Assembly: GCA_012295275.1 (NCBI GenBank)
Contig: CM022674.1
Coordinates: 2,914,001-2,978,000 of the forward strand
Source of the DNA: Chrysomallon squamiferum
Taxonomy: Eukaryota > Animalia > Mollusca
Length of the DNA: 64,000 nucleotides
Direction of reading: 5' to 3'
Under the pieces are notes generated by a model. The model had not been told where the DNA came from and did not search any database. It was given only the letters and a program-made list of their open reading frames with translations. The translations under genes and the position numbers were made by a program. Below are positions 12,663 to 25,855 of the stretch, in pieces (position 1 is the first letter of the stretch; the number at the start of each line of letters is the position of its first letter).

Positions 12663-15600
12663 ATGGACCCTAAAAAGTTGGGTGATTTTGCTGGTAGATT
12701 GAAATCTGGTGGCAAAGGCATGGGCGCAGGCTTTGGCCTTTTGGCCGTAGCAGGTGGTCTTGCCTATGCAGCAACTCAATCATTTTATACAGGTATTTTC
12801 TTAATTTGCAAACGTGACATTGCATACAGTGTTATAAAGGGCGACAACTATTAGTAGTGTTAGAATTATAATTATGGAGTACACAAAAGTCACTTTTTCA
12901 ATTAATTTTGTTTAACTTTTTTTGTTGTTAAACAATCTTTTAATTATTATTAAACAGTATCAGTTGTTATCAAGGCGTTTGAACTATTTTTCAAGTCATT
13001 ACCAAAATGATATCTTTGCTCTTTCTGACTTAGTTTCTTCAACTTGAAAAGATAATGATCATATTTTTATTTAACAAGTGTGTCTTCAAAACATCCGCAG
13101 AGTGTGTGTAAGTCAGGTTACAGAAGGTTAAGTTTTGAAAGTTCAATAAATTTGTGATAATTAATTACATTAACAAACATTTGTATTTTTTAATTAATAT
13201 TTGATTACATTGAAAAAGGTCACAAGATATTCCCAATGTCATTTGGTAGAACTCTCATTATTTTAAAGTTATTCATTAAGTGTTTTATTCATCTGTAAAT
13301 TAAAATATAAAAACATGGTTCTTGCTCTGTGGTTATAGGAGAGTACTAAAGCATGCTATGCACAATGTCAAAGGATTAAAACTTGTAAATGAGACTGTAG
13401 AGCCATGTCACATTCCAACCATTACTTAAATTTATTAAGTCTGTGGAAGGTGTGTGCTCTATTACTAAGAGTAACACTCTGTTTGCAGAAGGTTTCTTCT
13501 CTTTTCATTATGCAACAAAACATTTGCATCTCTGATAATATAACTAATCATACTAAAATTCATACTTTCAAGTTTCATTCAGTCATCAGACTTCAGTAGT
13601 TGAAAAGTTCTGAAAATTTGTATTGATCATAAATTCTTACATTTTATCCAGAATGGTTTTAAGTGTGATTTGTAATTTAAAGTGTTCTTATTAATTTTTG
13701 TTTGATAGTTGATGGTGGTCACCGTGCTATCATTTTCAGTCGTATTGGTGGAATCCAAGATGATATTTATCATGAAGGTTTGCATTTCAGGTTAGTGAGC
13801 ATTTTCACACAGGCCACAAAAATAAAAGTATTGAATGAATAATGAAAGTTAAACTTAAATTATAATTTCTTTTGATGCAACATTTTCTTACTACTTCCAT
13901 GTGATATCCTACAAATCTAATGTTAGAGGCATTAAATATCATTTTTCAGTGTCTGCGCCTCATCTATATTTATATTTATGAAAGGAAAGTAAATATGCAG
14001 TACTAAAAAGCTGAAACAAGCTTCTTTTCTAGGCTTTTTTTTTTTTGTAATTTTTGTGTGTGTGTATGTTTATGTGTGTGTATACACACACACACACACA
14101 CACAAATATATCTTTGATCAGAGAATAAAACTGAAGGAGGTAACAAAAGAAACAAGTTACCACATTAATTTAAAAATGTGAGCAGTTCTGAACAGCTTAC
14201 GTAATATAAATAATAAACATAAATTTTGAACTGATGTTAGTTCACGGTTGATCATTAAAATTGTGGATTTTTTTTACATCTACATATATAATTCTCTGTC
14301 AGCTCAAATATAAATCAGTTCACAAGTAAATTACATATGTTTTTTCTTCAGAATTCCCTGGTTCCAGTATCCCATCATTTACGATATCCGATCCCGACCA
14401 CGCAAAATTACATCCCCGACTGGAAGCAAAGGTAACTAATTCCAACCCTGTCTGTTTCAGTTATCTCCCTTGATTTAATATTGTACTTTTTTACATTACT
14501 GTTGCTTTTGTGTACATTTGTTTTTATTTGTTCTTTTTGTTTTTATTCTTTTATTTAAAAAAAAAAAAAATAACATGCAAATGGATTTGTCTTGACTGCA
14601 ATAATGACATCATTACTTCAGCAGAAAGACCAGATATTTTTAACTATACTTTTTTTCCTGTTACACTTCATTATTATAAAATAAGATACAGGAAAGCAAA
14701 TACAAAACACAACTTAAGAGGAAGACAGAATAAATTGGGGCATAAATCACTTTAGATATTTCAGTGTTGTTTTTAATTTTGTTTTAATTGTAGATTTACA
14801 GATGGTAAACATCTCTCTCAGAGTTTTGTCTAGACCAGACCAGCAATACCTGCCTAAATTATACCAACAGTTTGGAATTGACTATGATGACAGAGTATTG
14901 CCCTCCATTTGCAATGAGGTAAAACAATTTTCAAAAAGGAACGAAACAAAACAACCTAATAATAATAATAATAACACATCTCTTTTTAGTTTTGATTCTT
15001 AACAAAACTTGTGTGTGTGTGAAAAGCGATACTAAAGTACACACCATTGACATTTTTTATTCAGGTTCCGAAAGGTTAATGATTTTGAATTTGTTTAACC
15101 AAAAATCTTCAATTCAGGTGCTGAAAGGTGTAGTAGCCAAGTTCAACGCATCCCAGTTAATAACCCAACGTCAACAAGTCAGTTTGTTGATTCGCAGAGA
15201 ACTTATAGCACGGGCGAAAGATTTCTACATTCTCTTAGACGATGTGTCCATCACCGAGCTGAGTTTCGGCAAAGAGTACACTGCTGCCGTTGAGGCTAAA
15301 CAGGTACGACCTGTTTTCCCTGATCATCAAAATTTATTTATAAATAAATGTCTTGCCAGTTTTGTGTCGTAATAAGCAAGATTTTGGATAGAAATAAACT
15401 TTATTTGACTTTCACAAAGCACGCAGTGTTAAGAAGTTAACAGGTGTTGAAGATAGTTGTGTGATAAATTTGAGATTAAAAATAATTTGTTTTATTAGAT
15501 GTAAGGGTTGTTTTATCTTAAGGAGAATGTCTTGGAGTTGTCTCCCTTGTTTCAGTACAGTAAACTACTGACTTGCTACTTGATAAAATCTTGGATTTAT

Positions 15601-17505
15601 TTTTTCAATTTTAGTTTTAAAACTGTAAGTTGAATACTCATGAATTTAACATTTATTATTATTGTTGTTTCTTAATATTATCATTAATTTTATTTTAGTT
15701 CTATAATTGACTTCAGTAAAAATTCTGTTTGTAGTTACACTGAACTTGGAGCACACTTGTTAGTAATAAAAATTATTATTCATACAGTGACTAAAACAGT
15801 GATTAATTATTTGATTAGAGTATGCCATATCTTTTCATTATGTAATAACGTAGAACTTATCGTACATTAAATTTGCCAGCCTCGGCTTGTAATGTTAATA
15901 AAATTTCTTCGTTACTCACAGGTTGCACAACAAGAGGCTCAGCGAGCCCAGTTTATTGTTGAGAAGGCTGTCCAAGAAAAGCAACAAAAAATTGTGCAGG
16001 CTGAGGGAGAAGCTGAAGCAGCATCTCTGATATCCTTTTTAAAATCTTCATTACAGTCTGCTTCCATTATAGTAGACAGCGATGTCCATCAAATCTATAA
16101 TAATAATAATAAAAGTTGCTTTGATGTCCATATTTCAGGTTCCCAAGGCAACACTTGCTGTGCCACACCTCAAAAAAAAAAAAAAAAAAAAAAAAAAAAA
16201 CATTAAAAAATAAATTAAAAAAATTAAAATATTAAAAAAAATAATAAAAAGTTCCCCAAGAAGTTACAATAAGATATTCTTAGTCTGTACGACAGTTTTC
16301 AGATTTCTGCACTGCATTAACAATATTGGGGCCTCTGCGAAATACTGTTGTCTACCAAATGATGATACCGGGGCACGGTAAAAGTAGGTGGCTTGGAAAC
16401 GAGTTGAACCAGAGTTACTTGTTTCTTGTCTGAAATCTTGGTGGGCGTGTCTCAGTTTGCACGCTCATTGTAAGGCCAGACATAGAGAATGATGCCTGCT
16501 TGTTACACTTAAATCTCTCGAGACTTGAGTTATAAGTTGCTTGCTTCTGGCAGATAGCTATTATGCACCAGGGGAAATGGTGGGGTGGGTTAACAAGTGT
16601 GTGTGTGTGTGTGTGAACTTTCTCCAAGCTGCCGGTGAACTTTCCTTTAGTAATCTGATGGTGGATGATAGTGTCTCTCTACTAACAACTCTAGATAGAT
16701 CTAGATCATCCATAATAACTCTTCCATTCCTAGATTTTCTGTATTTGTAACTGGACACATCTTACCGAAACTTAGAATTAAGATGAGCATTTTAAAAAAA
16801 AAGACGTGTATTTGTACAGTGACTTGGTATAGATGATCTGTGATACCACAGAACCAAGGGTTTTAGGATCAGTTTCAGATGGGTTTAACTGTTGGATTAT
16901 TTTTGAAAAAAAAAAAAGTGAATGTTTTTTTCGTGTGTTTACCTTAACAGCATTACATAGGAAAGGCTGTTAGTTCAAATCCTGGTTACCTGAAACTAAG
17001 GAAAATTCGAGCTGCACAAAACATTGCCAGAACAGTAAGTTCTATTTCAGAATTATTGGATATAATTAAAATTCATTCAGACAACAGACTTTATCCGGCA
17101 GGCTTAGGACTGAAGGTTATCAATCTTCTGGATTATTCCTATTTTCTGGATCAAGGCTTAATATATAAATATATAAAACATAAAATAAACACTGAACAGT
17201 ACAGAATGAAATTATTTTTAACTCTTAATCAGTCAATACATTTCTGATGCCAGTTTTCGGAAAGCTGTATAAACAGTTTGATACCTCAATTTTTTTTTTT
17301 TTTGTTTAGACTTGCATAATTTCTGAATATGTTGATCATATTTGAAATTTATTACATTTAAAAAAAAAAAAAAAAAATTATTTTTTTCTATCTGCAGATT
17401 GCACAATCACAGAATCGTGTTTACTTGAATGCTGGTTCATTGATGTTGAACATTGCTGAAGCAGAATTTGACGAAGCAGCCGATCTTATTGCAAAGAAGA
17501 AATAA
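12663..17505 (+). CDS. PHB2: Prohibitin-2, 298 aa
   Basis: Exons 12663-12792, 13709-13790, 14352-14431, 14794-14918, 15118-15303, 15922-16029, 16957-17034, 17398-17505 total 897 nt with an open frame. Motifs: [99 protein letters not shown]. Confidence 0.97.
16030..16956 (+). other. U12-type (minor spliceosome) AT-AC intron of PHB2
   Basis: The 5' site is ATATCCTTT at 16030. A branch site ttACCTTAAC at 16939-16948 lies 8 nt before the terminal AC (16955-16956). Splicing gives EAEAASL|[11 protein letters not shown], collinear with PHB2. Confidence 0.93.
16351..16665 (+). ncRNA. U85-family composite C/D-H/ACA small Cajal body RNA (SCARNA10/SCARNA12-like), guide for U5 snRNA Cm45 and pseudouridine 46
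   Basis: Terminal stem tctacca/tggtgga, box C ATGATGA 16359-16365, box D CTGA 16655-16658. The D-adjacent guide ctttagtaa is complementary to U5 UUACUAAAG, with the D+5 G opposite C45 (human numbering). The internal hairpin tgtctg-aaatctt-ggtgggcgtg...cacgctcatt-gtaagg-ccagaca has pocket strands that match U5 around U46, followed by H box AGAGAA (16484-16489). It closely resembles the human U85 core as I recall it. Confidence 0.88.
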
Positions 17506-19204
17506 TGAACTGGTCGGGGGTACAGACAGCTGTGCCTTTCAGCAGTGTGTTTTGATATCGTGTGTGGACATTCATATTAGTAAACAAAACTGACCACAAC
17601 TGGACCATGTATAAATATTATTAAAAAACAAAACAAACCAAAACAAATAATTTTTCATCCTGGTTAAAGATAGTGGCAATCAATGGACATTCAGCCAATG
17701 ACTTCTTTTTTTCTTAACAAAAAAGTGAAGTGAAGATTTATAGTAATAATAACAAAATTAGTGGTAGTGGTTATAGCGTTGTATTTTGTAATATTTCTAC
17801 TAAAAGATTTACATAAGACGTCTTTTGAAAAGTTTATTGTTTTTTGTGTGACGGGTATTAACTGTGTTATTGCCAGTGTAAATTTTGATAACTATTTGTT
17901 TTTATGTGGGATTTTGATTTCAGCTTGATTTTCAAATCAAAGACAAATGAAACAAAAATTAATATTTTATTTTTTTAATGAATTTGTCATTTCTTTTTTT
18001 TTTTGCTGATAACTTCTAACATTTTTATCTTTCTGCTTCAAAGTGTTATCGGTGAAAATATTTTATTTTGGTCCACTTCTATTACTGTGATGTGTTCTGA
18101 CTTAAAGAAAACTAAATTCCTAATAACATAAACAAATTTTGTTGTTTTTAATTGCAACAGTTATAAGAAGAAAATGGTTTACAAATATAAACAGCAGTCT
18201 AAAAATGCACGAGACCAGTGCCATCTTCATTAATCTTTGGTTAATTATAGAAATTCGTAAATAAGATGCAATTATTTAATTATTTTAATGTCTTTTTCCT
18301 TTTTTATAATTAATTACCATGCTTTAATTAAACTTGAGAAATTGAAGTCATTGGAGCATTTATTGTTACATATACTTTTTTTTTTTTTTTTTTTTTATCT
18401 TGCAAGAAGACTTGAGGTTTAACAGAGGATAATTCTGGGGCCGTGCCCCAGGATGTAAATTTAATGTCTGGTGTTTTATAACTTGTATTCATTGTATTAA
18501 CAGGAGAGATCTTTATCATGTATTAAAACAGTCTAGGAAAAATGGAAGTTTTGTTTTGGTATCTCTCACCACTAGTTTATGAATCATCTATCTGTTTATA
18601 GAAAGCAAATTTTAGTTTTTCTTATTTATTTATTTATTTACTTGTGTACTTGATTACTTATTTATTTACATAATATTACAGTAGATTTATTATTCTTTTT
18701 TTTTTTTTCTTTTTTAAATAGGTTACATTTTAATTTATTCATTTCTTGAATTGTTTTTTTGGAATGAACTAGTAACATTAATTATTAAACACCTGAAATT
18801 CAGTGCAAGAATATTCCTAGGCATTTATTTTATTTTATTATTTCTTTTTTATACAAGAATTTTGTATTAACTATGGCATTCAGTTGTTAATAATCATTAT
18901 TGTTATTAAGTAGAATATAGAGACAGGAAATTGCTGAACAAAACAAAAAGAACTAAACTTTTAAAAGAAAGATGTACTAGTTAAATGTAATTTGAAGAAA
19001 ACATCTGGAAAAATAATAGAATAACACATGCGCACACATACTGCTATTTACCAATGGATCAGAAAGTATGTGTATTTACATATGTGTGTATGTGTATATA
19101 TGCATACATATAGAAGGTTAGAGATAAATTTGGCTGAACCCTGGTCTAGAGTAATGAAGTTTAAACACCATTTAAATATTACATCTTAAGAGAGAGTGGG
19201 GGTA

Positions 19205-19250
19205 AAAAAAACATCCGGTTTTGGGATTTCCGATAAGGACTCAGCCTGTA
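19205..19250. mobile_element. Solo terminal fragment resembling the end of a Tigger/pogo-type DNA transposon
   Basis: ...gggatttccgataaggactcagcctg|ta resembles Tigger4/Zombi-type termini from memory. No partner TIR was seen. Confidence 0.3.
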
Positions 19251-19859
19251 TAATTCCCGAGAAAACATACTGATGAAAACTGCACACATTTTTAGAAAAT
19301 AAGTTCAACAACCAGTGCAATTTGAATACAATGATTTTCATATGATGTGTTCGTTTCACAGTATTTAACCTCATATGAGTTGCTAAATCATATTGTTCAC
19401 AATCACTAAGCAAAACAAAGTGACGTCACTATTATTATTAATATGACTGCGGTTGTTACTATAATCATGCTGTTGTAAATATTTGCTGTCACATGTACAT
19501 AATTAGTTATTTGAAGTAATATAAAGGTTATACAACTGTGTCGATGTGGCAAATATTTGCAACAACATGATTATAATAATAACAACCACAAACATACGAT
19601 AATAAGAACAAAATAAGTAGAAAAGAAAGAAGGCTCCACTGTTGCTAACAAATTTTTAGTTCTAAATCTGTACGATAATCACATGGTAAGTAACTAACTG
19701 ACCCCTTCTGGCTCCTTGTAACTGTCGATATGGCTGTTTCAGATAAATACGTTTTACGGCATCAAGTTTCTGTAACCGTTTAATCCTTAACGGATTTTCT
19801 CTAGGCTAAGGCAAGCAGTTAGTATTCCATTCAGTTACTTCCTTTAATAGAATCGCAAC

Positions 19860-19940
19860 TCTCAGCCAATCGTATCGACTGATGCAAATAATTACCAGAA
19901 GTATATTTAAGAAGACGTGTCACCGAGTTACCGTTCTTTT
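19860..19940 (+). promoter_or_regulatory. Candidate Pol II promoter (CCAAT, TGATGCAAAT, TATA-like)
   Basis: agCCAATc (~19864), tgATGCAAAT (19880-19889) and TATATTTAAG (~19902) occur in canonical order. A possible donor gag|gtaat lies at ~20096, and a CRE plus reverse CCAAT at 20261-20276. Confidence 0.35.
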
Positions 19941-20491
19941 TCGTGTACTTTTACACTTTGCAGCCAGACAGATGGAATTTTACGCATCCAGTTTAGAATA
20001 ACATATGCACTGAAAGAAACATTAAACAAAACTTAAAAAAAAAAAAATAATAATAATAATAAAAAAAAAATCTGTCTGTCTGATATCAGAGATGAGGTAA
20101 TTTCACATTTCCTTTCCCGTGCTGAGAATAGCATTAGTAATTTACTCACTTGTGAACAAGAAAACAGAAAGAAAGGGGGGGAAATGTGAAAAGTGAAAAA
20201 GCAAAAAAAAGAAAAAAAAAAAGGAAATAACGAAAATAAACAGAGATGGGATAAACCATTTGACGTCACAGATTGGTAGGACGTCCATGTTTATTTGAGA
20301 ATTTGTTATTCTTTTCTTTCTAGAATGTTCTAGATGCGGTTCGGCTCTTTCAACAGCACATGCATGAAACAATATACTGACCCACACATACATACATTAT
20401 TATAATTTATCAGTGTAGGCAGTGAGAAGAAATTTTAATATTCTCGATCATTGACCACAAATATAATATAATAAAGAAAGAAAGAAAATAA

Positions 20492-20528
<37 letters not shown>

Positions 20529-20698
20529 GAATGAAGGGTATTCACAGCAAATGAAAATGATGTTCTGGTTATAATTATTTTCGTATATTGTGACATTCAG
20601 CTATATTGTACATATCCCTAACGGCTTTATCATAAAGGATATTTTGTTGTTCTTCTACTTATGTTTCGTCATCCTCATCCTCATCATTATCATTAACA

Positions 20699-20762
<64 letters not shown>

Positions 20763-20768
20763 TGACAC

Positions 20769-20811
<43 letters not shown>

Positions 20812-21315
20812 ATTAAAAAAACACTTCAAACTGTCTACAGGCATAAATTACAATCTTGTCAGTCACTGGAACAATCATCTGACACTCAGTGACACTGTCG
20901 CTAATGGCCCTTGCATCAGGTTTGTCACTTTTATTAAATAATTCCGACATTGGGGATGTAACGAAAACACCCAGTCTGGCGAAATGAAATAAAGAAGAGG
21001 TTATTTCCTTATCAGACACGTCTTTTCCTAGAGTGGCCGCAAGAAATGGGTTGCGTTACGTTGATGTACCAGTCGATTATCAGACACTGGACAATAGCTG
21101 GAGGAACCGAAAGGACACAGAGAAACAAAGGTATTGATCCACACGGACATTCTCGTACGCAGAAAAGATGCTTTGCTTTACTCGGGGCAAACTGTAAAGT
21201 TTACTATGCAGGCGCATACTCCAGGCAAGCAGCCATTGCTTATTATTACCTGGTTACAGACTAGCAAGCGCTTCACTTTCTTTTTCTGTTTGTTTAGAGT
21301 TATTTTTAACCTTTA

Positions 21316-21437
21316 GCAGACGGCATCACGTGGACTTCAAAATGTTCACTCGGAAGACTGTACGAAGAAACAACATTGCTGCGATTACCTTGTTAAACCA
21401 AAACCGAAAGAAAGGAAGAAAATGACTGACGTGTGAG
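21316..21437 (+). other. Candidate non-coding exon
   Basis: A CpG-richer block bounded by tttttaacctttag| and gag|gtattt. It has no recognisable protein product. Confidence 0.3.
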
Positions 21438-22669
21438 GTATTTGTGTTGCGTGTGTTTGATGTGAACATGTATGTGAGTATGTTTGTATGTTATGCATAT
21501 TTGTGAGAATGTACTAAATGTTTACGCATGTTTTGGAATTATTAAACAGAATACTGACTTTTTACGTTATCTTTTTTTCTTTTCTGTCTGTCTGTCTGTT
21601 GTTAGTCTACCTATTTCAATACCTTCCTACCTGTCTGTCTATCAGACACTCACCGAGTCAATCTCTCTATCTATCTATCAATTTATCTATCTGCCTGTCT
21701 GTCTGTCTATCCAATTTAACCATCCGTCTTCCAATCTATTTATGGATCCATAACACTCACCCTCTCTTTTCTGTAATAAAATTAATTACATGCCACTTTT
21801 ATAAAGACATAAAAAAAACTGGTATGAAGTCATCATTAGGAGGTTGTGACTACTTAAGATGAAATAAATTTCATTATGAAGAAAAGAAAAATGTACACCG
21901 GCAGGAAGCTTGTTTACTGTGACATCTGAGGCAAAAGGAGGATACATCATTAAAGGAACATCTATTTAAAAAAAAAAAAAAAAAAAATGCATGCTGTGGT
22001 TGCTTGTATGAATGCACAGAAGCCGCGAATGATAATGACGAATGACAATGACGAATCACCTCTTGCTCTTTGAAAAAAAAAAAAAAAAAATGTCCTCAGC
22101 TTTATTAAGAATATGCATTGTAGAACTGTGAAATCTGGAGAGTTCGGTCATTTGTACCAGTCCAAGGTGACGGAATATGTTACTAAAAAAAAAATGGCAC
22201 ATAATTTCAGTTGCGCTGATAGGTGATATATCACCCAGTACGCTGACATCCACATTATTTTTTTTTTTTTCGTTTAATAATATATTTTTGTTAAACAGAA
22301 TACCCGTCGAAATAACGAATTGTTATTCAGTTATGATTTACCTTTGTAATATTTTTAATTTAATTTAATTTTCTTATGTTTTTATTGATTTTATTAAAGA
22401 TATATTTTTTATCTATATTTTAAAGAAAGTTGTTTCATTCAGAAATAAAAACTGTATCACAGCAAAAAAACCAAACAAAAAACAAAAAACAACCAGGCAC
22501 ACACACAGATACACAAGCACACACGCATGTTCAGGGAAAAAATGATTAAAAAATGTAAACAAAAAAAAAAGGTCAGCTAAATTTCGTAGCAAAATTCTGC
22601 ATATTTTTGAAAACATTTATTAACATCAGTCACTGACTTGTTAGGAGAAAACAAACAAAAATTCGTGCA

Positions 22670-24402
22670 AAAATAGAGGCGTGAACCAGATGAACGACGC
22701 AGATTTCCAGAAACCGGAAGTCTCGTACAACCTCGCTAAAACGGTTCACTGCGTTAGTCTTACGTCTATTTCAGACTGGTGTCTACGTAAACAGTTTATG
22801 GTCATTCACTGATCTGAAGAAAAACAACAGAAAACAAAAATGCAGCCTTTTTGTGTGGAAATGGTGAGCGGTTGTGTATGTATGAATGTGTGTATGTATG
22901 TATGTATGTTTCCCGCACATTTTCATGATTTTAATAAATCAAATAACAGTGTCAATATCGCAATGTGCAGAATTTTATAGAGAAATAAATAATTTAAGTT
23001 GTACGATCCTACGTAAATATTAACAAAAGTGACAACGACATCTGCTACATCGGACAAGAATGAAACGACCATCTTTAAAGCTGGCCACCATAGCAACTAC
23101 TGCTACTACTACTACTACAACTACTACTACTACTACTACTACTAATAATAATAATAATAAAATTGACGACGATGAAGACGACTACATTAATAAAAAATAA
23201 CAAACTAATAATTAAATTTCAGATATTTTATTTATTATTGTAACAGTTAACATCTACAATAATTGTAAATACTACTACTACTACTACTACTAATAATAAA
23301 TCGTTGAATTGTACATCACTGCAATATATATACATATGTGAATATACAGATATATATATATATAAGACCAACCAAAAGCAACAGAGTGAACGAACAAAAT
23401 AATGCTAACGGAAAGAACAGAAACGTCTAAACGTCACAAACAATAGAAGTAATGTTCAATGTTCAGCGGAGTCTGTCATTTCAGGAACTCAAAACCACTT
23501 TCTGAGAGAAGTCTTCCAAGAATTACTTCTTCAAACAAACATTGTTATCCCTAACATAGTTTCTAAGAACTACTACTATAAAAAGAGGAATAGAAAAAAA
23601 AAAAAACCTGCTTCTCGTGGAAACAGTGACAGCTTCTGTGCCTTCACATCATCAGCGAAAACGCGAGTACGTCATCCTGCACGATGTTGTGACTGCAGTG
23701 TCTGCTGCCTCCATGCACATCGTCTGTGACAACGACAATGTTAGATTTTCGCTGAAAGCCTAACACAAAGTCTTGTTCGCACAGAATGGCATCCCTCCAT
23801 GAAACAAAAACCTGCGAAGGAAAAACTATAGACATGCTAGTAGAATATACAAAACAGATTTAAGTTCAGTTCTGTGTCTTCGGCGACTACTTATATATAT
23901 GCATACCTTTCAATGAAATGACGTCAGAAATTTGTTACAGGTTTCCTGCCAATCAGATTAGAGAACACAAAACGCAGAGGGAAAAAACTGAGCGATAAAA
24001 TGTTCATTCATTTCAGTTCTTTTCTCCCGCTCCACATTTTAATATTCTTGTTAATATTATTTTTATTATTACTGTTGTTGTCGGTGGTGGTGTTTGTGGT
24101 GGCTTGGCTGCTGCTGCTGCTGATGCTGTTGTTCTTGTACTAATAATTATGATTCGTAGTTGCGGTGATGTTTAATGGTAGTGTTATTAGTACTACCAGC
24201 AGTAGTAGTTGTAATAGCAATACTGTTATTGTATTATTATTTTTGTTATTATATTATTATTATTGTTCTTGTTATTGTTATTTTTGTTGTTGTTCTTGTT
24301 GTTATGACTACTACTACAACTACTACTACATTTACTATTTTTATGATATTACTGCCACTATTTTTACTACTAAATCTGTTAGTACTACTACTACTACTAC
24401 TA

Positions 24403-24435
<33 letters not shown>

Positions 24436-25024
24436 TATATAATTCAATTTCTTTTATTGTTAAATTTGCAATAAATTAGTCTTTCTCTTATTTTTGTTTT
24501 TCTTTCCATCCTTATTAAATTTCTTAATTTTTTTCTCTTTGCTGTAAACCTAAAAACCCAAACAATACTGGCGGATGGGGGTGAGAATGAAGTAAAAAAT
24601 ATGGAGAGAAAAATGTGAGCTAAATTTCATAGAAAATTCAGCTTTACTTGAGAGTTATTGAAATAAATTTATGTCTCACATCCTTTAACATCTGTCACTG
24701 AGTCGTTGTCAGATGAATACGAAATCTTGTGACAACGAGAAGAGAAACAGGAAAAAATGTGTCACAGTAAAAATAGCGGCGTGAAATAGATGTACGACGC
24801 AGATTTTCAGAAACCGGAAGTCTCGTACAACCTCGCTAAAACGGTTCACTGCGTTAGTCTTACGTCTATTTCAGACTGGTGTCTACGTAAACAGTTTATG
24901 GTCATTCACTGATTTGAAAACAGAAAAACAACAGAAAACAAAAATAGCGTAACCATACAGTAGTCTGAAATACGGCCTTTTTGTGGAAATGGTGAGCGCT
25001 TGTGTATGTATGTATGTATGTATG

Positions 25025-25055
<31 letters not shown>

Positions 25056-25818
25056 TATGTATGTATGTATATGTGTATGTCTGTATGTATGTGTGTGTTG
25101 TGTATGTATGTATGTATGTATGACATCTTGTCTATGCATGTATATATATATGTATGTATGTATATATTTAGCTTTCTATACTTGTCTCTGTGTGTATGTA
25201 TGTATGTATCTTTGTATGTATGTGTATATATTTCTGTCTGTATCTATGTATTCTAGGATTTGAATATCCTCTGTGTTATGTAGATCTGATTGGACTATGT
25301 CCATAGACAATATTATGAACGCAATGCTACAGATGGAAAAGTTACATAAAATATACATTGTCAGATGCTGTTGACGAGACTTGAATGTGTGTTTTGTTTG
25401 TAATGATTAGACATGTTAACTGAAAATACCTTTATAACGTTTCAGTGATATCAATAACTAGAAAAAGAAATGTGTTGTTTCTAGAAGTTACGATCTGACC
25501 TTCACATTGGCTATTACTCCCAACTGAATATGAAATGAAAACACTTTTTTATGTATGCCACTTAAACTACTCTTGACGACTAAAAAACTGCTTTGAATTA
25601 ATTTACATTAAAATGATAGAACATATTTGTTTTTGAAGTATATGATCGGAAAAGTACTCGGCACATTTTCATGATTTTAATAAATCAAATAACAGTGTCA
25701 ATATCGCAATGTGCAGAATTTTATAGAGAAATAAATAATTCATCGGACAAGAATGAAACGACCATCTTTAAAGCTGGCCGCCACAGAAACTACTACTACT
25801 ACTACTACTACAACTACA

Positions 25819-25855
<37 letters not shown>

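Noticed and set aside
16957-16960. Conventional AG acceptor (catag|gaaag) for PHB2 exon 7
   Set aside because: There is no GT donor at the end of exon 6. The AT-AC pair with U12 consensus gives the correct frame and length.
23605-23670. Hammerhead-like CTGATGA-tgtg-aagg-caca-GAAG on the minus strand of each array unit
   Set aside because: It has GAAG rather than GAAA, and no stem I pairing or NUH cleavage site could be built.
23644-23835. Repeated 63-aa ORF MSIVFPSQVFVSWRDAIL in four copies
   Set aside because: There is no recognisable domain, and its retention is explained by recent tandem duplication.
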